The notes under the pieces were generated by a model that saw nothing but the letters and a program-made list of their open reading frames with translations, did not search any database and was not told where the DNA came from. Below, in pieces: positions 7,674 to 18,283 of a stretch of DNA of 18,720 nucleotides. A program made the translations under genes and the position numbers. Each line of letters starts with the position of its first letter. The first letter of the stretch is position 1. Source of the DNA: a virus (taxonomy: Duplodnaviria > Heunggongvirae > Uroviricota > Caudoviricetes); IMG/VR virus record IMGVR_UViG_638341086_000012, positions 1-18,720 of that record; one strand, 5' to 3'.

Positions 7674-10467
7674 TATCCGGGTCGCTTTCAGCGCCGTTGA
7701 CAGGCTGACCCGGCCTGCCGAAAACGCCCGCCGCCTGATGGGGCAGTTTGGTGACTCCATCCAGCGAACGCAGGGGGCGATCAAAAATCTCGAGCGTCAG
7801 GCGCGTTCATTTGAGCGCGCCCGTGACGCTGTCAGTAAAGCGGATGCGGGCATCGTGAAAGCACGACGCCAGCTTAACGCCCTTAATCAGTTACAACGCA
7901 CGGGTACAGTGCTCAGCGAAAAACAACAAAAGCTGATGCAGCAGTTAAGCACCCGGCTTGAACGCCTGAATGAATCGCGCACACGGGAAATTCAGAAAAT
8001 GCGGGAGCTTGGCGGAGAACTGAAACGCCACGGCATTTCCCTGACAGGCAGCGATAACACCATTCAGCAGGCCATCAGACGCACCGAACAATACAACAAC
8101 CAGCTTGAACGCGAACGGCAGGCGCTTGCGCGTGTAACGCAGGCGCGTGAGCGGTATTCGCGCGCGCAGGAAACAGCGGGAAAACTGAAAACAGGTGGTG
8201 CGCTGGCAATTGGTGCGGCAGCGGCGGGCGGCTATGCTGCCGGGCGTTTTTTGCAGCCTGCGATCGGGTTCGGCAAAGAGATGTCCCGCGTTCAGGCACT
8301 GACGCGAATCGACAAAAACAGCCCGCAGTTTAAGGCGCTGCGTGAGCAGGCGTTAAAACTTGGCTCTGAAACACAGTTTACTGCGAGTGATGCCGCCAGT
8401 GGGCAGAGCTTTCTGGCAATGGCTGGTTTTACTCCGCAGGCCATTCAGGCCGCATTGCCCGGTGTTCTTAATATGGCGCTGGCAGGCGGCGTCGAACTCG
8501 GCGAGACGGCTGATATAGGCTCCAATATCCTCACACAGTTCAACCTGACAGCCGATCAAATGGACCGGGTGGGCGATACGCTGACAGCAGCATTTACCCG
8601 GACCAATACTGATTTACGCGCGCTGGGCGAAACCATGAAGTATACCGGTCCGGTTGCCGCAAAACTTGGTATCAGTCTTGAAGAAGCGGCGGCCATGGCC
8701 GGGATGCTTGCCAATAATGGTCTTCGCGGAAGCGATGCTGGCACGGCCATGCGCGCAAGTCTGTCCCGCCTTGCATCACCGCCAAAAGCTGCGGCTGATG
8801 CACTGAAAGAGCTGGGGGTGTCAGTTGCTGACGCCAGAGGCAAAATGCGCCCGATGGAGGATGTGCTGCTTGATCTCTATAAGGCGACACAAAAATACGG
8901 ACAGGTGGACCAGGTCTCCTTCTTCAAGGACATCGCCGGAGAAGAGGCGTTCGTTGGTTTGCAGACGCTTGTTGCGGCGGCTGGTTCAGGAGAGCTGCAA
9001 AAACTGACCAGAGAATTGCAGGGGGCAAGGGGAGAGGCCGATCGCGTTGCAAAAGTAATGGCCGATAATCTTGATGGGGACCTGAAAAATCTCGACAGCG
9101 CATGGGAAGGTCTTCGTATTCGCATCAGTGATCTGGTTGACGGTCCGCTGCGTTCTGTCACGCAGTGGCTCACGCGGATGCTTGAAAAAATCACCTCGCT
9201 GGCGCAGGCCCATCCGGTACTGACGCGCCAGCTACTGATAGCAGGCGGTGCGTTGCTGGCAATGACTGCAACGATTGGCTCGTTGTCGCTGGTTATTGGG
9301 GTGCTTTACGGGAAGCTGGCCACCTTGCGTATTGGTTTTGACATTCTTACCCGGTCAATGAATGTCGTCAGGGTGTTGCCTGCGCTATGGGGAATGGTGA
9401 CGGGTTCCGTTTCTTTACTGGGAGGCGCTATCGGGGCGTTGTTCAGTCCGGTTGGTCTTGTCGTTGCTGCGCTTGCCGGAGCTGCCGTTCTTATCTGGAA
9501 ATACTGGGATCCCATCAGGGCATTTTTTGCCGGGGTGTTCAGCGGGATTATGGAAAGGCTGACCCCGTTGCGCGAAACCTTTGAACGGTTTGGTCCTGTT
9601 TTTGACGCAATCGGAAGCGGGATCAGCCAGGTGTTTAACTGGTTTAAATCGCTGCTGTCACCGATGGAGTCCAGCAAGGAAACGCTGGATAAATGTACCA
9701 GTGCTGGCGAGATATTCGGTAACGTTCTTGGTGGAGCGTTACAGCTTGTTCTGACGCCTGCAAAAATGTTGCTGGATACGCTGGCGTGGATACTTGAAAA
9801 ACTCGGTGTGCTTCCGGATGAAGCGGAAAGGGCGCGCAAGAAAATCGAAGACGCACAGCGTGCGGCCATTCTTCAGGACAAGGTTGCTCTGTTTCAGGGA
9901 GACATTGCGAAAATCAATCCGCCAAAGCCTGTAGAAAATGGCAATGGCACCGGAGGTGATAAACCCAAAGACAATAAACCGCTCACAGACAGCAATATCG
10001 GTACGCTGCGCAGACTAAGCAAAATTGCTGATAACACAGGTAAGCTGGTTGATGAGACGAAAAAACGCATTGGCCCCGGCGATATTGTCTTTAAGAACCT
10101 GCCCCGCGCACTTGCTGTTCGTGGGGAGTGGCAGGAGCGGAAGATTGCGCAGGTCAGTAAGCCTGCCCCCGCAATTAATATCACCCCCGTGGTTCCGGCT
10201 CCGCTGCCTCCGGCGCTGGTCCCTGTTGTTGCGGCCAGCACCCGCCCGGTGGCGGAGGCCATACGATCACCAGTAGCATCAGTGCCTGCAACTTCCCGTA
10301 ACCGGGAGCCTGTTGCCTCCGGATTTGGTGGTGAAATTCATGTTCATCTGCATAACGTTGTTACGCAGAATCCCCACGAACTGGCGAAACTGGTCGGTGA
10401 AATGGTCAGGGCAGAAATGGAACGGCGCGCCCGTGCCGGGCGTGGCAGTTTTTACGATAAAGATTGA
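7660..10467 (+). CDS. T: Tail tape measure protein (P2 gpT-like)
   Basis: About 935 aa, coiled-coil-rich N-terminal part, central hydrophobic glycine-rich segments, Pro/Ala-rich C-terminal part; immediately follows E/E'. Start uncertain: ATG 7651 or 7660 (ORF-track frame opens at 7624). Confidence 0.9.
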   Translation: MKTLDIRVAFSAVDRLTRPAENARRLMGQFGDSIQRTQGAIKNLERQARSFERARDAVSKADAGIVKARRQLNALNQLQRTGTVLSEKQQKLMQQLSTRLERLNESRTREIQKMRELGGELKRHGISLTGSDNTIQQAIRRTEQYNNQLERERQALARVTQARERYSRAQETAGKLKTGGALAIGAAAAGGYAAGRFLQPAIGFGKEMSRVQALTRIDKNSPQFKALREQALKLGSETQFTASDAASGQSFLAMAGFTPQAIQAALPGVLNMALAGGVELGETADIGSNILTQFNLTADQMDRVGDTLTAAFTRTNTDLRALGETMKYTGPVAAKLGISLEEAAAMAGMLANNGLRGSDAGTAMRASLSRLASPPKAAADALKELGVSVADARGKMRPMEDVLLDLYKATQKYGQVDQVSFFKDIAGEEAFVGLQTLVAAAGSGELQKLTRELQGARGEADRVAKVMADNLDGDLKNLDSAWEGLRIRISDLVDGPLRSVTQWLTRMLEKITSLAQAHPVLTRQLLIAGGALLAMTATIGSLSLVIGVLYGKLATLRIGFDILTRSMNVVRVLPALWGMVTGSVSLLGGAIGALFSPVGLVVAALAGAAVLIWKYWDPIRAFFAGVFSGIMERLTPLRETFERFGPVFDAIGSGISQVFNWFKSLLSPMESSKETLDKCTSAGEIFGNVLGGALQLVLTPAKMLLDTLAWILEKLGVLPDEAERARKKIEDAQRAAILQDKVALFQGDIAKINPPKPVENGNGTGGDKPKDNKPLTDSNIGTLRRLSKIADNTGKLVDETKKRIGPGDIVFKNLPRALAVRGEWQERKIAQVSKPAPAINITPVVPAPLPPALVPVVAASTRPVAEAIRSPVASVPATSRNREPVASGFGGEIHVHLHNVVTQNPHELAKLVGEMVRAEMERRARAGRGSFYDKD

Positions 10468-10479
10468 GGAGTCATGGCC

Positions 10480-10968
10480 ATGATGATGATCTACGGCATG
10501 TTTGTTTTTGAGCTGCGTACGTTGCCGCATCAGCAGTTACAGCAAAACAAAAGCTGGCGGCATGTGAAAAATGAACGCGTTAACCGTTCAGCAAGCTGGC
10601 AGTATATCGGTGCAGGTGATGATCGCATCGTTCTTTCTGGTGTGCTTTATCCTGAAATTACAGGTGGTGAAGTGTCGCTGTCGCTGCTGACCACGCAGGC
10701 GTATACAGGACGCCCCTGGCCTCTGATTGATGGCGTCGGGCAGATTTACGGCATGTATGTCCTGACCGGAACGAATACGACCCGTTCCGAGTTTGATCGC
10801 TACGGTAAGGCGAAAAAGATAGAATTTTCACTGACTCTTGAACGCTGTGATGAGGATTTGCGGGAGCGCCTGCAATCCTCATCGTTCAGCGATATGTTGT
10901 CCGGCTTCAAAGATAAGGTGACATCATCCCTTAATAGTGCGGCCAGCTCAGTTAAGGGGCTGCTCTGA
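10480..10968 (+). CDS. U: Tail protein gpU-like
   Basis: MMMIYGMFVFELRTLPHQQLQQ...WRHVKNERVNR parallels P2 gpU (MMMVLGLFVFMLRT...). GAGGAG at 10466-10471 favours ATG 10480 over the ORF-track ATG 10474. Confidence 0.9.
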   Translation: MMMIYGMFVFELRTLPHQQLQQNKSWRHVKNERVNRSASWQYIGAGDDRIVLSGVLYPEITGGEVSLSLLTTQAYTGRPWPLIDGVGQIYGMYVLTGTNTTRSEFDRYGKAKKIEFSLTLERCDEDLRERLQSSSFSDMLSGFKDKVTSSLNSAASSVKGLL

Positions 10969-11044
10969 TTTAACGTATGTCGCCAATTTCCTGATGAAGG
11001 TGACTGGCGACTTGCTGTTGTATGTCCTTCTCAGAAAATTGTTT

Positions 11045-11073
11045 TTGAATAACAAATAACAGGATTTTATAAT
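11045..11073 (+). promoter_or_regulatory. Near-consensus sigma70-type promoter for the acetyltransferase cargo gene
   Basis: TTGAAT (11045-11050), 17-bp spacer, TATAAT (11068-11073); then AAGGAG (11113-11118) and GTG start at 11125. Confidence 0.5.
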
Positions 11074-11124
11074 CTCTTAACCTTATAACATGTGTGGTCT
11101 GAAATAATAATTAAGGAGATTTTC

Positions 11125-11697
11125 GTGCTGTCTTACTTAATGGCAATTCACTTTGTTTTATTTGGGAAGTCTACTAATTTAAAAAACTTCTGGAAACATG
11201 AAGTAATTCGGCGAAAACGTATGGATATCTGGAGGCTTTTAAGAGAGAAAAAGCAGCGTAACCGGAATTTCCTTTTCTGGTGGCGGTTGGCTAACGAAAT
11301 GTATATTAATGGTAATAAATTACATAAGAAAGCAGCCAAAAAGTTAAACAGTAAAATAATTAACAAATTTGGTTGTGAAATAGGATTGGGAGCAAATATT
11401 GGAAAAGGGTTAACAATTCCCCATCATGCTGGAATTGTTGTTCATTTTGCTGTTGATGCGGGTGAAAATCTGGTATTACGACAGAATACTACCATTGGAC
11501 AGATAGATGGTGACATGCCTGGTTCAAGAGTGAAAATTGGTAGTAACGTTGATATCGGAGCTAATTGTTGCATCATTGGATTGTCACGTAAAATTGGGGA
11601 TAATGTAAAAATAGGTGCAATGTCTTTTATAAATAAAGATATACCATCAAACTGCACATATATAACTAAAAAGAGTGGTGTTGTATTGTATAAATAG
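11125..11697 (+). CDS. Hexapeptide-repeat (left-handed beta-helix) acyl/acetyltransferase, CysE/WcaB/LacA-like; AT-rich cargo gene
   Basis: Repeated [LIV]-G-x-x-x-x hexapeptide pattern (IGLGANIGKGLTIPHHAGIVV, KIGSNVDIGANCCIIG, KIGDNVKIGAMSFI). Strongly AT-rich versus neighbours. ORF-track frame opens at 11092; GTG 11125 is chosen for its SD. Confidence 0.75.
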   Translation: MLSYLMAIHFVLFGKSTNLKNFWKHEVIRRKRMDIWRLLREKKQRNRNFLFWWRLANEMYINGNKLHKKAAKKLNSKIINKFGCEIGLGANIGKGLTIPHHAGIVVHFAVDAGENLVLRQNTTIGQIDGDMPGSRVKIGSNVDIGANCCIIGLSRKIGDNVKIGAMSFINKDIPSNCTYITKKSGVVLYK

Positions 11698-11704
11698 AGT
11701 ACAT

Positions 11705-11745
11705 AAAGCCATCGATATTTCTGTCGATGGCTTTTTCTTTTTATT
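11705..11745 (+). terminator. Rho-independent terminator after the acetyltransferase gene; the same hairpin lies just past the stop of gene G on the other strand
   Basis: Perfect 11-bp stem AAAGCCATCGA (11705-11715) / TCGATGGCTTT (11724-11734), 8-nt loop, followed by TTTTTCTTTTTATT on the plus strand. Confidence 0.65.
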
Positions 11746-12325
11746 GTGGGGCGACTGGCCACTCAACATCCGCTGCTACTGTTGTATCAACACGATTCAA
11801 CAATACCCGATATGTCTTCCATGCAGCCAGTAACGATGCCTCTTCCTCCGTCGCAATATCCAAATCTACGGCATCCTGAAGTGGCGCAATATGCTCACTG
11901 GCTACCTGCATCAGGCTGTTTTTTGTTTCTTCTGCCTCCTGTACCCGAAACAGTTTTTCTGCTTCTGCATCTTTCACCCAGGATGTGCCGTTCCACTTCT
12001 GACACTCTCCATCCGGCGACAACCAGGTAACATTTTCCGGTAACGGACCGAGTTCAGAAATAAATAACGCGTCCCCTGATGCCACGTCATAAACAGTTTT
12101 ACCCCGATGGTCTTCAACGAGATGCCACGATGCCTCATCACTGTTGAAAACAGCCACGAAGCCAGCCGGAATATCTGGTGGTGCAATATCGGTACTGTTT
12201 GCAGGCAGACCTGTATGAGGTGGAATGTATGCATCACCTTCCCCAATAAATTCATTAGTTCCGGTCAGCAGGTTATAAATTTTTATGGTCCGTGATTGTT
12301 CACTCATTCTGAAATCCATGTTCAC
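11741..12325 (-). CDS. G: Tail fibre assembly protein / chaperone (gpG/Tfa family)
   Basis: C-terminus ...[34 protein letters not shown] is the conserved Tfa C-terminal signature as recalled; about 190 aa. GTG at 12325 or ATG at 12319. Confidence 0.85.
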   Translation of the reverse strand: MNMDFRMSEQSRTIKIYNLLTGTNEFIGEGDAYIPPHTGLPANSTDIAPPDIPAGFVAVFNSDEASWHLVEDHRGKTVYDVASGDALFISELGPLPENVTWLSPDGECQKWNGTSWVKDAEAEKLFRVQEAEETKNSLMQVASEHIAPLQDAVDLDIATEEEASLLAAWKTYRVLLNRVDTTVAADVEWPVAPQ

Positions 12326-12327
12326 CT

Positions 12328-13230
12328 CTACTTAATATCAGAGACAGAATATTGTTTATTGAGCGTATGGGTAGGAGTACCAATAACGATGCTACTTCCG
12401 TGGCTATGTGCGCCAGAGGTGACATTACCTACGGGATTTTCTGGATTAATCCGGTGTATATGCGAACCAGGGCGAAAACGGTTATTAGCCTGATGTTGTA
12501 TCAGTACATCATCAGCCTGATGTTCAGGGTTAATACAGATTTGCCCGGAACGAGAGCAACACGTCCGATAATCGCCGCATCCAATATATTTAGTATCCGC
12601 ATAACGGCAAACGGAATTACCCGGACAGTATGCATATGTGCCAAATACTGCCGACTGGCGAGATTGTGCGTATTCCCAGTTAATTGATTCTGTTTTTTTA
12701 TTAAAGTTATCCCATGCCTGCTTCATCTGTCGGGCAACACTTTCAAACGGCACCTGACCACATCCGGCCCCCATTGCAGGGAATACCACTGTTTTTATTT
12801 TCATGTCTGTCGTTGCGTTTTTATTGTGCTGAAAGATGGCAAGCAGAGCGGCCCAGGTTGCGTTATATACAGCGTCTGTTCCGTCAATTGTCAACGGAAC
12901 ACGCATTGTTGGCGCATGTACCAGCCAGGGGTGATGATTATGCCCCGTTTCAATGACAAATGCAGAACCTACAGGCTGTTCGCCGAGATATTCACGAAGA
13001 ATATGATTCTGAACGCGGGACTGTAACTGAGTACCGAAGAATGCGGTAATGGCGGCATCAACGCCACCATCCATCAGGCCGAAACTATTTGCCGCACTTA
13101 CCATGCAGTCAAATTCTCTGATTGTTTCAAATGGCTTTCCGACAATATTCACACTATCTGCATTTGCAAATACCTGCTTAAATGCTTCAGCCATTTCTGT
13201 TACTGGTGCAGAAAGAATGAGCGTAATCAT
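12328..13230 (-). CDS. Macro-domain (ADP-ribose-binding / hydrolase fold) protein with a Cys/His-rich C-terminal extension, inserted between H and G
   Basis: Macro-domain motif blocks seen by eye: [60 protein letters not shown]-terminal 120 aa contain CPGNSVC...[16 protein letters not shown] and His-rich [11 protein letters not shown] overlaps the H stop (ATGA at 13227-13230); GAGG SD 5 nt upstream; stop 3 nt before the G start. Confidence 0.8.
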   Translation of the reverse strand: MITLILSAPVTEMAEAFKQVFANADSVNIVGKPFETIREFDCMVSAANSFGLMDGGVDAAITAFFGTQLQSRVQNHILREYLGEQPVGSAFVIETGHNHHPWLVHAPTMRVPLTIDGTDAVYNATWAALLAIFQHNKNATTDMKIKTVVFPAMGAGCGQVPFESVARQMKQAWDNFNKKTESINWEYAQSRQSAVFGTYAYCPGNSVCRYADTKYIGCGDYRTCCSRSGQICINPEHQADDVLIQHQANNRFRPGSHIHRINPENPVGNVTSGAHSHGSSIVIGTPTHTLNKQYSVSDIK

Positions 13231-15053
13231 GCAAGCCTCACAATATAGTTAAATGCGATGTTTTTTACGGTGTTTTCTGCGTTACCCGTAGCGTTAACGG
13301 TGATGGTATGCCCGTGTGAACCTATCGCAACGGAGTGTGTGTGTGCGCCAATTCCTACCGTATGAGTGTGTGCGCCAATATTTACTGTGTGAGAGTGCCC
13401 CCCTGCGTTACTTGTTTTTCCAGTGCCAAGTCCTGAGTTATAACCAGCCGAAACACCATTACCTGCGCCAGTGTTGCCAACAGGAATATTGTGTGAATGA
13501 TCCCCGGCGCTATTCGTGGTTTTAGTGCCATGGTTAAATGAACTGGACGTCTTGGTGCCGTAGTCAAATGATGATGTGGTTTTTGTCCCCAAGTCCGTAC
13601 TGGACGCGCTGGCACTGTGGGAGTGTGATTTAATGCCGTCCTGTTCCTGAGATAATACGGCCCGACCACTGGCGGGTTTGCCCTTAATCGTCCAGCCACG
13701 CATATCAGGGATCACACCAGACGGATAAGCGACTGCAAGCAGGGGATAGACTGTTTTATCAAAAGTCTGCCCCTGCATAACGGTATAGCCTGTAGGCACT
13801 GAATCAGAAGGCCACGGTATCGCCGCACCTACCGGAAATGAATCTTGTGGCGTCCATGGTGTCCAGTCACCCGTTGAGTACTGGCTGCGGGTATAGCTTC
13901 TGGATGTGTCATACACATAGTAAATCTGTGTTATCCCGGCATTTTTAAGCACAACCAGTGTACCCGCAAAATTCTCCGGGTATTTCAGCGCTGCGCTTGT
14001 ATTGGCATTCAATGGCTGATGGTACAGCCCCGGTGTTTTGTAATTATCCAGATTCTGATTTGCACCAATCTCAATACTCTGGTCGTTAAAAATATCCTGC
14101 GATGTAACATTGACATCATTGGCTAGTGATTTGCCATTAACCTTACGTCCAGAGGGCACACGCCCGTTTGCATTGTCATTAGCGGCTTTCACCGCTTTCG
14201 GAGTCGCGGCAAGCGTTTCAGAATCACTGTTAGTGACGCTACTGAGCTGGACTATTCCTTTTCGTGCCGTCGTGGCGTCCTGTGCGGTATATTTCCCGTT
14301 AGCAAGGTCATAGGCTGCCTTTACCGCCTTTGGTGTTGCCGCCAGCGTTTCTGAATCGCTGTTGGTGGCGCTACTGAGCTGGGCTATTCCTTTTTGTGCC
14401 GTCGTGGCATCCTGAGCGGTATATTTCCCGTTAGCAAGGTCATAGGCTGTCTTGACCGCTTTCGGCGTTGCGGCCAGTGCTTCAGACGTGCTGTTAGTGG
14501 CGCTACTGAGTTGAACAAAGCCTTTTGCGGTCAGCGAGGCGTCCGGGTGACGTCGTGACTGTTCATGTTCTTTCAGTTTGTCATTCACGTAATCCACTGT
14601 GGCCATCACCATGGTGTTATCCACGGTAAGCGCCACGGTGGCAGTGCTGGATACGGTCAGAATGGTGCGAAATGTTTGTGCACGTCCGGACCCCTCGGCA
14701 ACGGTTGGTTTGTAACTTTCGGCAGTATTGCCCACCGCGATTAAATCGCCGTGCTCATCAAATACACCAATTTCCCGGATCCAGAATCCACCCGTTTCAG
14801 GAGGAATAACCAGCTCCGCAATAATGCGGTTCTGATGTGTTGCGTCCAGGATGACGCGATTAACAGTATGTCGCCACACCTCATGCACCAGACGGGTCTG
14901 CTTACTGTCTGGTGTGGGCAACGTGCCGCCACCGTCGCCCACGGCCATGTGAGTCAGGCGGACAGGATTACCATCTGGCGCGGCTGCCTGAGCTAATTTT
15001 TTGGCACCAGTATCAGTGATAATGGTTTTAAATTTACGTGTTGTGGTACTCAT
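13227..15053 (-). CDS. H: Tail fibre protein (P2 gpH-like)
   Basis: N-terminus [26 protein letters not shown]...MAVGDGGG...HEVWRH...[10 protein letters not shown] matches P2 gpH; internal [36 protein letters not shown] repeats; C-terminal HxH-rich tip ([33 protein letters not shown]) ending [11 protein letters not shown]. Confidence 0.95.
   Translation of the reverse strand: MSTTTRKFKTIITDTGAKKLAQAAAPDGNPVRLTHMAVGDGGGTLPTPDSKQTRLVHEVWRHTVNRVILDATHQNRIIAELVIPPETGGFWIREIGVFDEHGDLIAVGNTAESYKPTVAEGSGRAQTFRTILTVSSTATVALTVDNTMVMATVDYVNDKLKEHEQSRRHPDASLTAKGFVQLSSATNSTSEALAATPKAVKTAYDLANGKYTAQDATTAQKGIAQLSSATNSDSETLAATPKAVKAAYDLANGKYTAQDATTARKGIVQLSSVTNSDSETLAATPKAVKAANDNANGRVPSGRKVNGKSLANDVNVTSQDIFNDQSIEIGANQNLDNYKTPGLYHQPLNANTSAALKYPENFAGTLVVLKNAGITQIYYVYDTSRSYTRSQYSTGDWTPWTPQDSFPVGAAIPWPSDSVPTGYTVMQGQTFDKTVYPLLAVAYPSGVIPDMRGWTIKGKPASGRAVLSQEQDGIKSHSHSASASSTDLGTKTTSSFDYGTKTSSSFNHGTKTTNSAGDHSHNIPVGNTGAGNGVSAGYNSGLGTGKTSNAGGHSHTVNIGAHTHTVGIGAHTHSVAIGSHGHTITVNATGNAENTVKNIAFNYIVRLA
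14160..14528 (-). repeat. About 2.8 tandem copies of a 132-bp (44-aa) coding repeat inside tail fibre gene H
   Basis: DNA segment containing ...ggtatatttcccgttagcaaggtcataggctg... recurs with a 132-bp offset (14286 vs 14418). Encodes KG(F/I)[40 protein letters not shown](Q/R). Confidence 0.85.
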
Positions 15054-15055
15054 GC

Positions 15056-15586
15056 TTAATCGTCCGGATAAATGGTAATGACTTCACCGTCGTAAGTTGC
15101 TGCCGCCGCGAAAATATCCCCCGGGATCTCCTGAATGATATTCAGCCCTGTCATGTGGCGGCTGACCGGGCGGGCATCAGCAATCAACCGCTCCATTTCC
15201 AGATACATTTCCTCCGTCACGCCACTGTCCAGCGTGCCGACTTCAACGGTAAATGTTCCCGGTTCTCCGCCGAACTCCCACCACTCAGACACACGAATGA
15301 GGTATCCCAGCGGCTCAATGGCCCGGCGCAGTGCGCTGATGGTCCCTTTGTGTCGGTGTATCAGCCATGCATCACGAATCACCTGTCGCTTTGTCTCTTC
15401 CGGCCAGTTGCGATCCCAGCGGTCAACGGAAAATGCCCAGGCGAGATAAGGCAGCAGATGCACCGGGCAGGTGTCCGGCGACCACAGCGTGTTGAGGTCT
15501 ACCGGAATGTCTGTAATGCGCGTTCCGACAGCTTCGGCACAACGCATGAAATTGCTGGCTGATGGCGGTAACAGTGAATTACTCAT
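15056..15586 (-). CDS. I: Baseplate assembly protein gpI-like
   Basis: [20 protein letters not shown]...[14 protein letters not shown]...[19 protein letters not shown] matches P2 gpI. ATG 15586 (176 aa, overlapping the J 3' end) fits the P2 gpI N-terminus; ORF-track start 15619 is an extension. Confidence 0.9.
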   Translation of the reverse strand: MSNSLLPPSASNFMRCAEAVGTRITDIPVDLNTLWSPDTCPVHLLPYLAWAFSVDRWDRNWPEETKRQVIRDAWLIHRHKGTISALRRAIEPLGYLIRVSEWWEFGGEPGTFTVEVGTLDSGVTEEMYLEMERLIADARPVSRHMTGLNIIQEIPGDIFAAAATYDGEVITIYPDD

Positions 15587-16475
15587 TACGCCCACCTTCG
15601 CTGATGGTGAATGACTCACAGCGCGCCGCCTGTATGTCGCTGATGGCCATATTTTGTGTGGGTTCGATTATCTCCACGCGTTGCACACCGTGCACATGCA
15701 GTGCGGCAGCAATGGCTGACAACGCCACGTCCTGACCGATAAGCCCCTGCTCAGACAGCCACTTCCTGAACGACGATTCCGCCGCGGCCAGAATAGGTTC
15801 GGATTCCGGGCCGGGGTAAAAGTACAGTTTTGCATTCAGCCGCCATGTCACGATTCTGGCACTCTGTACGGTCAAGCGGTCGGCCACCGGGCGGGTATCC
15901 TCTGCATTCAGAACGGCGCGAACGGTATTAAGCAACGCCTCCGTTGCCGTGCCGTCGCCCTCAGTGGACAGGATGGAAACCGTCACGTTGGCCGGAGACG
16001 GGCTGATGGCCCGCGCATCGCGTACCAGACCGCTGGCGCTGCGGGCAAAATACTCGTATGCACCTGACGGGCCAGCAACACTCAGACCGTCATATGCCCG
16101 TTGCGCCCGTAGTCTCAGCGAGGTGTCACTTTCCATCACTGCGTCGGTGGTATCCGTTGCCGGAGTGATAACCAGGCGCTTTGTGTTCATATTGCCCGCG
16201 AGGTTGTCCAGGTCTGTCCCGGCGCTGTGGCTTAGCATGCAGGCGCGTGCACCCTCATTGACCCGCTGGCGTAACAGCATTTCACGAAAAGACATGGTTT
16301 GAGCGATAACGTTCAGGGGTTCCGATTCCAGCTCCAGCGCGGCGGAGACGGCTTCACGCTGTTCGGCAGGATAGGACGCAATCATCATGGCCTTTGTGTC
16401 AGCCAGAATTGCCTCAAAATCAGGCTCCGCGATGATGGCGGGTTCCGGTAACTGGGAAAGGTCAACAGCAGGCAT
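15579..16475 (-). CDS. J: Baseplate assembly protein gpJ-like
   Basis: 298-aa product in the conserved position between W and I, with gpJ-like sequence; SD-like GAGAGAG upstream of ATG 16475. Confidence 0.9.
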   Translation of the reverse strand: MPAVDLSQLPEPAIIAEPDFEAILADTKAMMIASYPAEQREAVSAALELESEPLNVIAQTMSFREMLLRQRVNEGARACMLSHSAGTDLDNLAGNMNTKRLVITPATDTTDAVMESDTSLRLRAQRAYDGLSVAGPSGAYEYFARSASGLVRDARAISPSPANVTVSILSTEGDGTATEALLNTVRAVLNAEDTRPVADRLTVQSARIVTWRLNAKLYFYPGPESEPILAAAESSFRKWLSEQGLIGQDVALSAIAAALHVHGVQRVEIIEPTQNMAISDIQAARCESFTISEGGRNE

Positions 16476-16478
16476 GAT

Positions 16479-17900
<1,422 letters not shown>

Positions 17901-17950
17901 CCACTACAAGGTGCTTAAGAGTGAAGTTTCATTTAGATGAACTTAAAAGA

Positions 17951-18283
17951 ATGGCAACGCTCGATAATTTTGCGCGTTTTCTCAATGAGTCGTCTACGAA
18001 TGAAAAATGTTTGTCGTGTGGCGATACGGATATGTACATGTATTTGACGAATATTGTTGAGGTGGGGCCTGAGCCGAAAACTGCTGAGGAGTGTGATTTA
18101 GGCACTTTTGTTATGCTTGATTACATCGGTCCATTTACTGGGTATCCGGGATATGAGGGACATGATCGGGAAAATATCCATAACTATGAATTCCGACTTA
18201 CCTGTAACAGATGTGGGTTTGTTCATCGTTACTCGGCCCGGGCCTTTATGAACTGGGTAGGCAAGCTGGGTGATGAGAAGTGA
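17951..18283 (+). CDS. Hypothetical small Cys-pair (possible zinc-ribbon) protein; start uncertain
   Basis: ORF-track 17897..18283 begins inside the IS right end; first plausible start is ATG 17951 (MATLDNFARFL...). Two CxxC pairs (CLSCGD, CNRCG). No recognised family. Confidence 0.45.
   Translation: MATLDNFARFLNESSTNEKCLSCGDTDMYMYLTNIVEVGPEPKTAEECDLGTFVMLDYIGPFTGYPGYEGHDRENIHNYEFRLTCNRCGFVHRYSARAFMNWVGKLGDEK

Noticed and set aside
9306-9869. 187-aa minus-strand ORF inside the tape measure gene
   Set aside because: Entirely antisense to the well-supported T gene, low-complexity Ser/Ala-rich translation typical of antisense reading of GC-rich coding DNA.
14160-14528. Tandem repeats considered as a possible CRISPR or non-coding repeat array
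   Set aside because: The repeats are in frame within tail fibre gene H, 132 bp long and contiguous without spacers. No CRISPR-like array is evident anywhere in the window.
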